Source: Paraspadella gotoi
Lineage: Eukaryota; Animalia; Chaetognatha
DNA length: 64,000 nucleotides
Assembly: GCA_051294375.1 (NCBI GenBank)
Contig: CM119270.1
Span: 1,982,787 to 2,046,786, forward strand
Direction of reading: 5' to 3'
Below, piece by piece: positions 12,471 through 25,306 of the stretch; position 1 is the first letter of the stretch; every line of letters starts with the position of its first letter. The translations under genes and the position numbers were made by a program. The notes under the pieces were generated by a model. That model saw only the letters and a program-made list of their open reading frames with translations, was not told the DNA's origin and did no database searches.

Positions 12471-15400
12471 AGATTGATATGCCCGCTCAGCACCCCGGAT
12501 ATCCTCGTCATCGTGTTTATTGTATACTCTATATTTTTAGATGATGCCTGCCCCGCGTCCTTATTTCGACCTTTATCACGTAACACAACTCATCACTATA
12601 TTGTGTAATTTACTCCTAGTGTTTCATAAATATGTACTCTCGTCACAGTTTATTTCCGTCTCTGTACAGCGAGTATAGCACCCTCTTGCGGACAATATCA
12701 ATCCGCTCACTTTCATAGACTTAGTTTTTTAGTTTGTTTTTGATTTTATATTGAATATGGGCATAGTTTTTATTTGCCGCACACGCTAGAGTATCAAAAA
12801 AATCGCTGGTACTACAAAACGGTGAAAGAGAGAAGGTGGAGACTTTTCAACGAGGACGCGGCTAGAGCCATATAATATCCACTATACAAAAGCAGCGAAA
12901 TCACATTGAATCTACACTAAAAAAAAAGAGCCACAGACAAAAAGCGCAGAATATTCTAGCCAATATTCTTCATTGGAATCCCGCTCGAGTCTAAAGTCGA
13001 CGCCACAATTAGAGAACCACATAGATTATAACGCTAACAGAGAACCGAGAAATCCTCTCGACGCATCAATCTATCACCTTTATAGGAACTAGAAGAGAGC
13101 CTCCAATACAGAGGATCCAGACTTGTAAGAGAGAGACCCAGAGGAGAAGTCAGTATGAGAGTGACGAACGCGTGAGGATAGAACCCAGAAGAAGAGTAGC
13201 CGACGACAAAACTAGACAAGACAGTGCAAGAGCGCCCAACCCTCCACTCGCTCCAGGCGTATTATTTTCTGCTCTTACACAGACAAAAAAAAGTCCTTCG
13301 CAAGTCTCTGACCTCGAAATCGTCGACATTTCGAATGATTGTGAAGAAAACAATGATTATTCGCTTTTCCTATTTCTTATCTTTCTCTTCTTTTTTCTCT
13401 TTTCTTTCTTTTCTTTTCTTTGTGTTTTCTCACTTAGTCCTTGTGATGCAGCTGCTCATTTCTTCTTTCTCTCCGACTTAAAATCGGACACTTCGCTCAA
13501 TATAAAGGAGGACCAGGCCCCGCGTGAGACTGCGACCAGAGCAGATCCCTCCCGACGAGTTCGATCCGACTGAGACCAGAGACGCATCAGCAGACAGAGC
13601 ACGTGCCAGATGAGAGAGTCACAGCTTACTTGACGTTATCGGGTTACTTTCCGCTCGTCGGCTTCTTTGTAATGGATGTGACAAAGGAATTCCGGAGGTA
13701 TCTTACCCATAGCTTCCTATAGCGCAATCAGGTGCCCTAGCGCTCAATAGCTTCATTTAGCTCCGGATAGCCGCTTCTAGGCTGCTTTTTGCATTGCATC
13801 TCGGAGATGCCGTCGAGCGCAGAAAGAGAAGATTTAAAAAGGGGTCTTCCTCTGAGCAAAAAATTTCAAGTTCCTAGTACATCTTTTTGTTTACGATGGA
13901 ATTCTGCCCGAAAATTAAACATTCCATTTCTTCTATAATTCTAAAACAAAGAAAGAAAGGTCTTGTGTTCTTTTACTCTCCTGTGCTGTATTTCTCTTCT
14001 CTCTCTCTCTCTCCGTCCCTCTCTCTCTCTGCGTGCTCTCTTACAGTCTCTCTCTCTTCTCTACTCTGCTCTCTCATACATACGGTCATACTGCGTCTGC
14101 TACTTCATTACGTGCTCTCTCTCTCACTTTTTCTTTCTCATTCCAATTCCCCTTCAGGGGTGAATATAAGTACCGCTTGTGGTAGTTGGATAGAAAGTAG
14201 GGATCGAATGATTGTACGCAGTGATATTGCTCTGCCGAAAAAAAAATTTCCTGTTTTTATTTATAGTATTTAGTTCAACGAGAGTGTGAGATCGAAGAAG
14301 AAAACCACACAGTGTTTTTTTTCTGAAACGAAAGCGTTATTTGTGTCGAGCGACGAAAATATAGGTGCAGGAGTGTGCCTTTCTCCTTGCTAAATGCGCG
14401 GCAACTCGCTTTCACGAGGTAACTTTGCGCTCGCAGTATTAAGCATATTAGTCGCGCCCTGAAATATAGAGGTCTTCTATAGAGAAAAAAAGAAAAACAT
14501 CAGGATTATTTTCTAAGCGCGTGTGTGTTTTATCAGAGATTATCCTTCTTAGAAAAACGACTTTTCGTGTGTTACAGATTAAAACCTAAAAGGTGTGACT
14601 ATTTTCTCGGACTATGCGTCTTATTTTGGCTTTACCAATGTCTATTATAGAAGCTCAGAACCTCCTGGATGATTTAGAAAATTTGCAATTACTTGTGTAA
14701 ATTGATTTAATATTTTCAATTACTTATGAGTACTCTATGTGCCAGACATGAACATCTCTTCTCACGTTATCTTCTCTGCTTTTTTGTTGTTTTCTTTTGT
14801 TTCTTTTATCCATTTTATCTTACCTCCTCACCACTAATATCTCTCTTTTTCTTAATTTTATTCTCCAATATATCTTCCTTGAATAATTTCCTCTTCTACA
14901 AAATTCTATATATAATCACATTCCAGAGATCTGCTCTACTTCTCGGCCCGCCCCAAATAGATAATATTCAATATGCCATTCGACGTTTTCAGGCTCCATT
15001 CACCGAGACGGAAATAGTGCCCTCTCTCTTTTCTCTCTTTCTCTCTTCCTCTTCTCTCGTCTCTCTCGTCTTCTCTCCCTCTCTGCTTCTCATCTTCTCT
15101 CATCCGTTTCTATAACATCTCTCTGCTCTCCTCATTCTCATACTATTTCGAAATCTGAGAATCATCACGTTTCTATATTACATGTGTACGAATACGAACC
15201 CTAGAGCTATTGGTTGGTAGGTGACAGAGTGTATACGCGTCGTATATTGTCACTCAATTCACCTCATTCCTTTGCATTTTTGATTGCTTCCTTCATAGAC
15301 TCTGGGCCTCTCCATTTTTCCAATCCCACTTCCATCTCGGCTTTTTGCCGCACTGTTTATAACACACGCGACAACCATACTAAAAATTGGATTATGCGCC

Positions 15401-16487
15401 TTTTTGATGCCAAAAGAACCATTTCTTGCCTCCTACTATTTTGTCTTTTTCTTTTTCGTCTCGATCTTCACGCAAATAATCTCCCCAATAATACAAGAAC
15501 CAAACATTTGGTAGCGATGATCTTTATAGCTCTCCGCGTGGTTGATATAATATAACAAATATGAAGCTGTAGGATTTAGCGCCAGGAAAATATGGAGATT
15601 AAAATATTTTTTTAAGATTTTAAACTCGGCAGTGTCTCAAAGTATTTATTTTTGAATTTTGGACATTTTTAATCATTGAAAGTATATTAGGAAGGAAAAT
15701 CAAGCCAGCCAGATGTATTAATTGCGTACCTAAGGGAAGGAGATTAGTGTAATAAAAGAGTTGGCACCTTAAAAAAGATTTGATGTGCAAGGGAGGAGAT
15801 TTATCGACAATGATATAAGATTTATCAGAATTGATGGGTGACAAAAGAGATTAGTCGATAAGGGGAGAAAACGTTTATGCGACACTGAGTGATGATATGG
15901 ATTTGACCTCTCAATATAAAAGTAATAGTTATTATACCTGGGATATTTTTTTGACCAAAAAAAATTATAAAATTGTGTGAGAGAGCTAAAATAATTATCT
16001 CATATTAATATGAGTTGATTCTGGTCACCTCGTTTATGAATCGATGATCCAAATTTTCAATTCGGCATCAATCATTAATCTCATTTTTCATTTCCCCGCG
16101 GCGAATAACCACAGCGGGAGTAAAAAGAAAAACACTCATCGACCTTTGTCATCCGCCTCTGCCGGGAATATTACCACAGATAGATATAAAATCGACGCAC
16201 GCAACCGCACTCGGAAGGCCACCCCCAGCATCTCTAACCACAACTCCCCGCTCTCCCCCCAGCCGGTGAGCACTTTAAGCATTATGGCATCAGCAGCAAA
16301 TTCTTGCCCGCTACATTTGCCTACAAGACTAGCCAGGACGACGTTTAGCATTGACCGACGAAGATTTTACCTGCCTTGACTCTCACCCAAGTTGTAAGCA
16401 TTGATCATGCGTAAGAGACACCCGTTTGAACAGATAATGAACAGAAGAAGAATTGTTTATTTGCAGTAAACGGCTGATGGTTGGATT
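11715..16487 (-). repeat. Inverted copy of ~7676-10581 that becomes increasingly noisy and insertion-inflated
   Basis: 11715-12470 is the reverse complement of 9780-10581. Anchors at ~12950, 13340-13500, 13860, 14140, 14310, 15730-15830 and 16340-16487 match successively earlier positions down to ~7676. It ends at a 25-N gap. Confidence 0.8.
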
Positions 16488-16512
16488 NNNNNNNNNNNNN
16501 NNNNNNNNNNNN

Positions 16513-17946
16513 GGACGCATACGACGAAGACGACGACGACGACAAAAACGACGACGACGACAAAAACGACGATGACGACGACGAAGAAGCTCATATCCAT
16601 GCAAGCAGCATTACAAGCAGCATTACAAGCCGCGTTGGAAATCTCCCCCCTGCAGCTTTTACGGATTTCCTAAGAGAGAATTGACGATTTCGAAAATTAT
16701 GACGTCTTCGAGAATCGGTTGGAGATCCGAGAGAGGGGATAGAGGGAAATTGTTGATGTTGTTGTTGTAGTTGATGTTGTTGTTTTTCTTTTTATTATGT
16801 AGTTTGAATGGTTGAATGTTTTTGTTTTTTTGGTATTTTTTATGATGTTTTTTTGTTGTTTGTAATTCTAGTTTTTAATTTCATTTTGTGCTTTTCCTTG
16901 TTTGTTATTTTGCCTTATTTTAGACTTACCTAAACTAAAGTCTCTGGGATTTTTTAATGCTTTGAGTTTAAGCCTATTTAACGATTTAACTTACCCCATG
17001 ACCAAACTACTTTTCGTTTGGTGTGCAGTCAAGGTGAGGCGACTTACCTAAACAGTAAACATTCACTTCTTTGAGTCTGTGTATCCGTTTTTATGAGCAC
17101 AAAAATGGATTCTCTTTTTTTGGATGGAAGGATTGATTATATTCTGTTCTTTTTTGAAAAAAAATTTTAAAAAACCTGAGAACCGTAAATGTTCATTGGT
17201 TTTACGTAAAATATTTCATTTGCAAAAGAAAGGAAAGAAAAGGAAAGGAAAGGAAAGGAAAGGAAAGGAAAGGAAAGGAAAGGAAAGGAAAGGAAAGGAA
17301 AGGAAGGGAAGGGAAACCAATCATTTTTTAAGTTTTTGAAGAAACTAAGAAAGTTATTTTGAGTCCAACTGTTTGAGACGAAAAATGCGTTTTTAATGTT
17401 GATGGAAAAAATTTCGATTTAATTCTTTCGTTTTGAATTTTTTTAAAGGAAATGTTTTTAAACAATAAAGCCTTCTTGGCTAAATGCGTCTATGGCGGAG
17501 AGAGAGGGAGANNNNNNNNNNNNNNNNNNNNNNNNNNNNNNNNNNNNNNNNNNNNNNNNNNNNNNNNNNNNNNNNNNNNNNNNNNNNNNNNNNNNNNNNN
17601 NNNNNNNNNNNNNNNNNNNNNNNNNNNNNNNNNNNNNNNNNNNNNNNNNNNNNNNNNNNNNNNNNNNNNNNNNNNNNNNNNNNNNNNNNNNNNNNNNNNN
17701 NNNNNNNNNNNNNNNNNNNNNNNNNNNNNNNNNNNNNNNNNNNNNNNNNNNNNNNNNNNNNNNNNNNNNNNNNAAAAAGGGTAATTACTCTCAAAATATT
17801 CACTGTTATTTTTCTTTGACTCGTCGACGACGAATTCATCCGAATTAATTCGTCTTCATAACAACAGAAAATTAAACGCGAGTTTCTGGCGGGAAAAAAA
17901 TATTCATTCACTGTTATAATTCTTTCATGTAAATAATACTTTTGAA
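16513..17946 (-). repeat. Inverted duplicate of ~19160-20655, including a (GGAAA)n microsatellite at 17235-17315
   Basis: GGACGCATACGACGAAG... at 16513 is the reverse complement of ...CGTCGTATGCGTTCC at ~20655. The pair is colinear, and this copy is bounded by two 25-N gaps. Confidence 0.9.
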
Positions 17947-18289
17947 NNNNNNNNNNNNNNNNNNNNNNNNNTATGTGTATTTAAGATGGATAGCACATTG
18001 TTATGCCTCGTCGCACCGCCGCTATAATAGAAATTACTTGGAGAATCATAGTATTTGTGTGGTTTCTATTTTTATTTCCTTTTTCCTGAATACTAATATT
18101 TTAGTGAGATACCACATTTTTTCTCGTGGTGTAGGTTTAAAAAAAAAAAAAGTTGCTTTCCTGGTATTAGAAAAACGAGGATCACATATGACAATGATAC
18201 GGACCCATCGCTTATCGTTACCTTATAGGTCCTTCTTGCCAGAGGGTACCTAGGTTCCGTCCATGTATAACCATATCTATCTATCTATT

Positions 18290-19030
18290 CTATTCCCTCT
18301 CTCATCTCTCTCACAACTCGGTCCATCCAACCCACACCTCCAATTTTTCAAACAAAACTCTCTTCCTAATCACATTTTCAAATTCCGCTCAATTTAAAAT
18401 ATCGATGACGCTGACATTTTGTCTTCATTTCATTCCCTAACAAAAAAAAAACCTACTATTTCAAAACTAATAAACATTATTAAACAAATCCCTTTCCATT
18501 TTTCCCCGACGTCACATTTTTTTCCTCGTCACCCACATAATAGTTTTAGCAACGACCCCTTCGAGTGGTCAACTACTTCCTCCGAGCCGCAGAGGACGTC
18601 TCGCTTCCATTTTTAACTCATCCCAATTATTCTTTTCTTTTTGTCTTCTTCGCAGCGAATTTGGAGGTTTTTTTTTTCTCCTCTGGATTTATTCCGTTGA
18701 ACTTTGTTCCTGTTAACATGGAATTTCGGATGGAGAAGAAGGAAAGAGAGAAGAGAGAGAGAGGAGAGAGAAGAGAGAGAAGAGGACGAAGAGACTCGAG
18801 AGATGAGAGAGAGAGAGAGAGAGAGAGAGAAGAGAGAGAGAGGGAAAGAGAGAAAGAATTAAAAGTGAGATGAAATGGAAAAAAACATTAAATAAGTATA
18901 AGAAAGAAATTGATAAGAAAGAAAAAATAAAGCATAGGAAGGAAAAGAAAAAGAAAGCAACAAAAGAAAAGAAAGAAAGACAAGAAAAAAAGAAAAACAA
19001 ACAAGAAAGAAAACAAAGAAAGAAAGAAAG
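18290..19030 (+). repeat. Direct duplicate of ~31590-32300
   Basis: Shared ACGCTGACATTT...AAAAAACCTACTATTTCAAA...CTCTGGATT...TGTTCCTGTTAAC in the same order. Confidence 0.82.
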
Positions 19031-20762
19031 AAGATAGACAAGATAGACCAAGAAGATCGAATAAGAGTCTTATAATCAAATTACTCGATTTTCTTCTTTT
19101 TAAGTTTTATTGTGCTATACAAAGGATACAATAGATGTTCTTTTATAACTTTTTTAAATTAGTTTCAACAAACGTATTATTTAACATGAAAATTATAACG
19201 AGTGAAAGAGAATCATGTTTTAATATAAATAAACGCTGCAGAAAACTTCGCGTTTAATTTGTTTGTTTATGAAGAACGATTAATTCGGATATGAATTGTC
19301 GTCGACGAGTCAACAGAAAAAATAACAGTGAATATTTTGAGAGTAATTACACCCTTTTTTTTTCTCTACCTATCAATTTTATCTTCTATCTATCTATCTT
19401 ATCATTATCTATCTAATACTATCTATCTATCTATTTTCTTCCTCTCTCTCCTCTCTCTCTCTTCTCTCTACTCTTTCTCTCTCCTCCTCTTGCCCATGCT
19501 CTCTCTCACACAACAACACACTTTTACTTCTCCCTCCTCTTCCGCCATAGACGCATTAGCCAAGAAGGCCTTTATTGTTTAAAAACATTTCCTTAAAAAA
19601 AATATTCAAACGAAAGAATTAAATCGGGAAATTTTTTCCCATCAACATTAAAAACGCATTTTTTCGTCTCAAACAGTTTTGGACCAAAATACTTTTTAGT
19701 TTTCTTCAAAAACTTAAAAAATGGATTGTGTTTCCCATTTCCTTTTCTTCCTTTTCCTTTCTTTCCTTTTCCCTTTTCCTTTTCCTTTCTTTCTTTTCCT
19801 TCCTTTTCTTTCCTTTCCTTTCCTTTCCTTTCCTTTTCCTTTCCTTTCCTTTCCTTTCCTTTCCTTTCCTTTCCTTTTCCTTTCCTTTTCTTTCCTTTCT
19901 TTGCAAAATGAAATATTTTACCGTCTAAAACCAATAACATTTACGGTTCTCAGGTTTTTTTAAATTTTTGTTCAAAAAAGTAACAGAATATAATTCAATC
20001 CATTCCATCCAAAAAAAAGAGAAATCCATATTTTTGTGCTTCAATAAAAACGGAAGATACACAGACTCCAAAGGAAGTGAATGTTTACTGTTTAGGTAAG
20101 TTCCGCCTCACCTTGGACTGCACACAAACGCAAAAGTAGTGTCATGGGGGTAAGTAAATCGTTAAATAGGCTTAAACTCAAAGCATTTAAAAAATCCCAG
20201 AGACTTTAGTTTAGGTAAGTTCTTAAAATAAGGCAAAATAACAAACAGGAAAAGCACAAAATGAAATTAAAAAACTAGGAATTACAAACAACAAAAAAAA
20301 ACATCATAAAATACCAAAAAACAAAAACATTAACCATCAAACTACATATAAAAGAAAAAACAACAACATCTCAACTACAAACAAACAACATCAACAATTT
20401 CCCTCTATCCCCTCTCTCGGATCTCCAACCGATTCTGAAGAGAAGCGTCCATAATTTTCGAAATCGTCAATTCTCTCTTAGGAAATTCCCGTAAAAAAGC
20501 TGCAGGGGGGAGATTTCCAACCGCGGCTTGTAATGCTGCTGTAATGCTGCTTCTGCTATGGATATGAGCCTTCTTCGTCGTCGGTCATCGTCGGTTTTTT
20601 GTCGTCGTCGTCGTTTTTGTCGTCGTCGTTTTCGTCTTTTCGTCGTATGCGTTCCTAGTTGTTGGTTAACTCCTTCTTTCGCGGGCCCCTTGATTTCGTT
20701 GAAACGAACACGGAACTCTCTCTCTCTCTTCTCTCTCTCTCTCTTCTTTTTTTTCTCCTTTT

Positions 20763-20832
<70 letters not shown>

Positions 20833-21379
20833 CCCTCTCTCACACGTCCGGCGTCGTTTTAAAACCGCCAAAAAAAAGAACAAAAAAAGAAAGGAAATTT
20901 GGCAACGAGTTTCTTCTTTTTCGCGTTTTTAAGGAAAATTAGTCGAAACATTCCCAAACCTCAAAGATTTCCTCTGAAGACAGCAAAAGTAGTGGGAGAC
21001 GCATTTGGTATGGGGGGACAGACTTGATGGGTTGAGGGGGCGGGTGAAGGGGAGCCGGTGGGGCATTTCCGACTCTCCGACTTCTTTGAGAGCAGGGTTA
21101 ATGGTTAATGGGTTAATGGATATTAGGAATAGTGAAAAGGTTACTCTATGAAGACGTGAGATCAGAATCAAGAATTTCATTGAATTGCCGAACAGTACTG
21201 GAGTTTTTAAATTTTAAAAACCTAATAGAAGGAATTGTATAATTTCCTCTCCAGTTCCATGTACGAAACAAATATTTTCATTATCTAAATAACATCGGAG
21301 GAGAATCAGCTAACCCAAATGCAAAATCGGAATCGAAGGGATCGGCGCGATCTCCGCAGGAATGGATCGCCGAATCATG

Positions 21380-21926
21380 ATTGTCAAGACGGAATCGAAA
21401 TCGTACCAATCAGCTTGAAGAACCAATGGAAACTGTCAAAACAAAACGTTTGCCTTCGATCTTCCTCTCTAGATATAAATAGATTTAGTCTCCTTAGTTT
21501 CATTAGAATTTGATCTGCGGACTCCCTCGTGTGTCTCTCGTCACCTTTATTGTTCTTCGAATTAATCTCGTTTTGATTTCATCCAAGAAATCCAGAGTTT
21601 TTCCCGTTCAATGTTGTAGCAGCGTCCTAAAAAAAAAATATAAAAATGATGTCACCAATAGAGAAAGAAAAAGAATCGTTAGACAACTGAAGTCTAAATT
21701 AAATAAATTTAAATAAAAAATAAACAAATAGAATTTGTCAACGAAAGAAACTAAGTCATGCAAATATTTTTAATTAAAATATTGAAACGTCTAAAAGAAT
21801 GCTAAAAAAAATTTGTTCCGGACTCTAAATAAATCTAAAAAATTGTTAAAGTTAAATAATAACAAAAAAGCTCCAAGTTGAAATGTGGACGAGAAATTCC
21901 GCTCTCTCCTCTCTCTCGTCTCTCTA

Positions 21927-21983
<57 letters not shown>

Positions 21984-22817
21984 CTCTCTCTCTTCTCACC
22001 ACCCAGGGGTCCTCAGGCCTTCAAGAAGGCCGGAAAATATTACTCGCGAATTTAATCCGTCTGCCTCCAAGAATCGACGCACCGGGGACGAAGAACTGGG
22101 GGGAACCTCTCTCCCCGTCTTCTTCTCTCTTCTCTCTCTCTCTCTCTCTCTCCTCTCTCTCTTCTCATCTCTCTCTCTCTCTCTCTCTTCCTAGATCCCC
22201 GACCCGCATCCCCCTATTCAATGGTTTCCGGCTCGACCTTTATATCCAACTCTTGTTATTTCCCTTGTTTCAAAGTCGCAAACATTTATTAAATTAACCT
22301 AATTAAATCTTTCGCTTCAATTCGTTTCCAATTAAGTATTTATTATCTTGTTCTAAAAATTTTTCTTGCCCCCAAAAATTCAAATCGCTCTACAAACGAA
22401 GGAGTAACAAGTCTTATCACTTTCAAAACCAAATCCTTAATCCAAAAAACCCGCAAACAGGAATATTCTAGCCAATATTTCTTCATTTGAACCCCGATCT
22501 CCCTTAAAACCCAATTTCCTAACAAACCAAATCGCCCCAATCTTACCTTTAACCCATTCGTCCCTTAAACCCCAATCTTCCCTTACGACCCAAATGCCCC
22601 AAAACCACAAACGAAGAACCCAACCCTCACCTCGCCCATTTTTTTAACGACGGCTTTCGAATTTTTGATATGAAACCATTTTTCTGCTTTTTACTTCTTC
22701 TTTATCTTTTCTTCTTTTTTCTCTTTTCTTTTCTTTTTCTTTTTCTTTTCTTTTCTCTTCTTTTTATCTTTTCTTTTTTCGACTTAAAAAATCGACATCG
22801 AATAAATATCAAAGGAG

Positions 22818-22864
<47 letters not shown>

Positions 22865-22930
22865 AGAGAGAAGATGAGAGAGAGAGGAGAGAGAGTGAGA
22901 GAGAGGACGAGAGAGAGAGAGAGAAGAGAG
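21380..22930 (-). repeat. Inverted copy of ~9050-10581
   Basis: Reverse-complement colinearity, e.g. CGGAATCGAAATCG...CAGCTTGAAGAACCAATGG versus 10545-10581, and GAATATTCTAGCCAAT versus ~9510. Confidence 0.85.
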
Positions 22931-23210
22931 GAAGAGAGAAAGAAGAGATAGAGAGAAATAGGAGGAGAGAGCAGAGAGAGTAAACGGAAATACCGCGGAC
23001 ACCAGATAGGATACTCAGAGATAACTAAGAGAGAAAGAGGGGAGAAAAGATTGTGAAGTTATTAGGAAAAGTTTTCAGAGATAAAGAAAACCCAAGACAA
23101 AATTGTCTCTCGAGAATTCCCTCTTAAATAATTTCCATTAGCGTTTGAAAAAGTTTTTTTTTCTCTTTTTCGATTAAACCTAAGAGATGAACAGAACTCC
23201 ATTCCTTCTC

Positions 23211-23261
<51 letters not shown>

Positions 23262-23756
23262 ATTTTCTTGTCTGTCTGTTTACGCTTTTGTTTACCTTGT
23301 TTCTTCTTCACAAAAGTCAATTCTAACTGCGTCTATTTTCTTGTCACGAGTTCCTCTTCCTTTTTTTCCCTTTATTTTTCCTTTTTCCTTTTCTTTTATT
23401 CTTGTTTGTTTGTGAATAATCTCAACGTGACTTTGTTTTACTCTCTTTCAGAGTCAAATCCGCAAACGACATCTTTTCCGAGAATTCACTGCCTCATTTC
23501 TCAGAAATCATCTGGTCGTTCACCTGCGACAAAAACGTTCATATTATTCGATTCAATATTAAAAAGATAAACAACAAGGATCAGAATTGCACTTTCCGTA
23601 CAACCACCTGCAGTGGAAACGTTGCAAAAGACGCCAAAATGTTTCATCTCAAACTTCGTCTTTAAGGCCATCAGCCATCATCTGTATCAACGGAATTTGC
23701 GAATTTATAACTTGCAGTCTGTCATCTCGTATATTCAACGGCAGACGTATTTAATA

Positions 23757-23907
23757 AATGGCGCCAACGACTTAAGTCAATCTGATTTATTGCCAAAATG
23801 TACGTTTGAAAGAACTCCCGTCTGCGAAGGCATCGTCTCAATTTTGCCTAGAGGCGCTGTCCACGTCTCATCTCGATCATCGGCCATTTTATAAAAGGCG
23901 CCATCTT
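23757..23907 (+). promoter_or_regulatory. Putative proximal promoter of the TMTC gene: three YY1-like GCCATNTT motifs and a TATAAAAG
   Basis: AAATGGCGCC (~23757, reverse orientation), CGGCCATTTT (23881), TATAAAAG (23890) and GCGCCATCTT (23898) lie just upstream of the ATG at 23921. Motif match only. Confidence 0.35.
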
Positions 23908-23920
23908 CAGGGGGGAAATA

Positions 23921-24403
23921 ATGAGTCGGCACCCCAGCGCCGCCACGCGGAGAATTCCGTTGAACGAAAACAAAAAGGAAAGAACAAAAAAAACAAAGAA
24001 AACTTGTTCGTCGTCGTCAGCGGCGACAGCGACGGCGACAGCGACAGCGACAGCAGCGGCAGCTTCCAAATGCTGCCCTCTGCCTGGAATCGAAACGAAG
24101 AAGGAGAAAAGTCGACTACAGAAAAAGACGGAAGCCTCCTCTCCCTCTTCCTCCTCCTCTCTCCTCCCTCTTCTCCTTCTCTCCCTCGCCATCTTCCTCT
24201 CTTACTCCAACGCTATCGACAACGGGTTCGTCTTCGACGATTCCGCCGCCATTTTGAAAAACCCGGATGTGGTAGGCGTGGCGAGGGGTCCGGATGTAGT
24301 TGGAATTGATTGGGAAGAAGAAGAGGAGGAGGAGGAAGGGGGCGTGATTGGCGGGTGGACGAACGTCTTCGCCAACGATTTTTGGGGAACGAAAATCGAT
24401 TCG
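23921..24403 (+). CDS. TMTC: First coding exon of a TMTC-family (transmembrane and TPR-containing) protein O-mannosyltransferase; paralog not resolvable
   Basis: Hydrophobic TM1 (LLPLLLLSLAIFLSY) is followed by SNAIDNGFVFDDSAAILKNPDV...WTNVFANDFWG, matching the TMTC signature Y-x-N-x-L/I-x-x-x-F-x-F/Y/H-DD-x-x-AI-x-x-N-x-D...DFWG. It ends at a canonical phase-0 donor TCG|GTGAGT after 161 codons. Confidence 0.88.
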
Positions 24404-25076
24404 GTGAGTTTTTTTTTTTCTTTTTGTAAATGGTAACATCGATTCACTATTTATATCAAATTATAATTTTTTTCTCATTAATATAAAAAATAATAGAAAT
24501 CTGAAAAACAATATAAGTTAATAAATAGAATATATTAATAGTATAAGGCATTTTTTAAAAAAAATTAAATTAAAAAAAAAATCCAAGGGAAAAATATTAA
24601 TTATAAAAAAATACAATTTTTTTTTAGCAAAATATTTTTTTTATTTATTTTTTATTTTTAGAAAGCGTTTTACGTGAATTGCAAAGCCACTGGTTTACTT
24701 TTTTCTCTCTTCGGAGGAAAGGAAAGGAAAGACAATGAAGTTGGGCAGATGGGAGAGAAAGAAGTTTGATGGGAAAGGTGGAGCAAGATTTGATGGGAAA
24801 AGAATCGAAGGAAAGTGGGAACTAAAATTGTGGCGGAAATTTGGATCGAAAGGTAAAATTGAAAAGTAAAAAATTTGATCCAAAAAGGCAGTTTTATACC
24901 GAATGGTAAATCGAATGGGAAATGGGAAAAGAGAAAGAAACTATTAGAAGGAAGGAGCTTAAAAAGAGAGAGATGAGAGAGAGAGAGAGAGAGAGAGAGA
25001 GGTAATAGAAGAGAAAGTGAGAGAGTGAAAGTAGAGTATGAGAGAGAGAGAAGAAGAGAAGAGAGAGAGAGAGGAG

Positions 25077-25107
<31 letters not shown>

Positions 25108-25272
25108 TGAGAGTCAAGTCCAGAAAGCGGCGAGGCATAAAGAGGCGAGATATGCTCGGAGAGACTCAGCGATCACAAAGGGACTTATCCCCCGACGCCG
25201 TGTTTAAGCACTCGACAGATTTAGCCGCATGGAGAGAGAGCAGAGAGGAGAGAGAGAGAGAGACGGACGCAC

Positions 25273-25306
<34 letters not shown>

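Noticed and set aside
19495-19545. Possible PacBio SMRTbell adapter remnant (TCTCTCTCACACAACAACAC)
   Set aside because: Only a partial match inside (TC)n sequence and not at the axis of an inversion.
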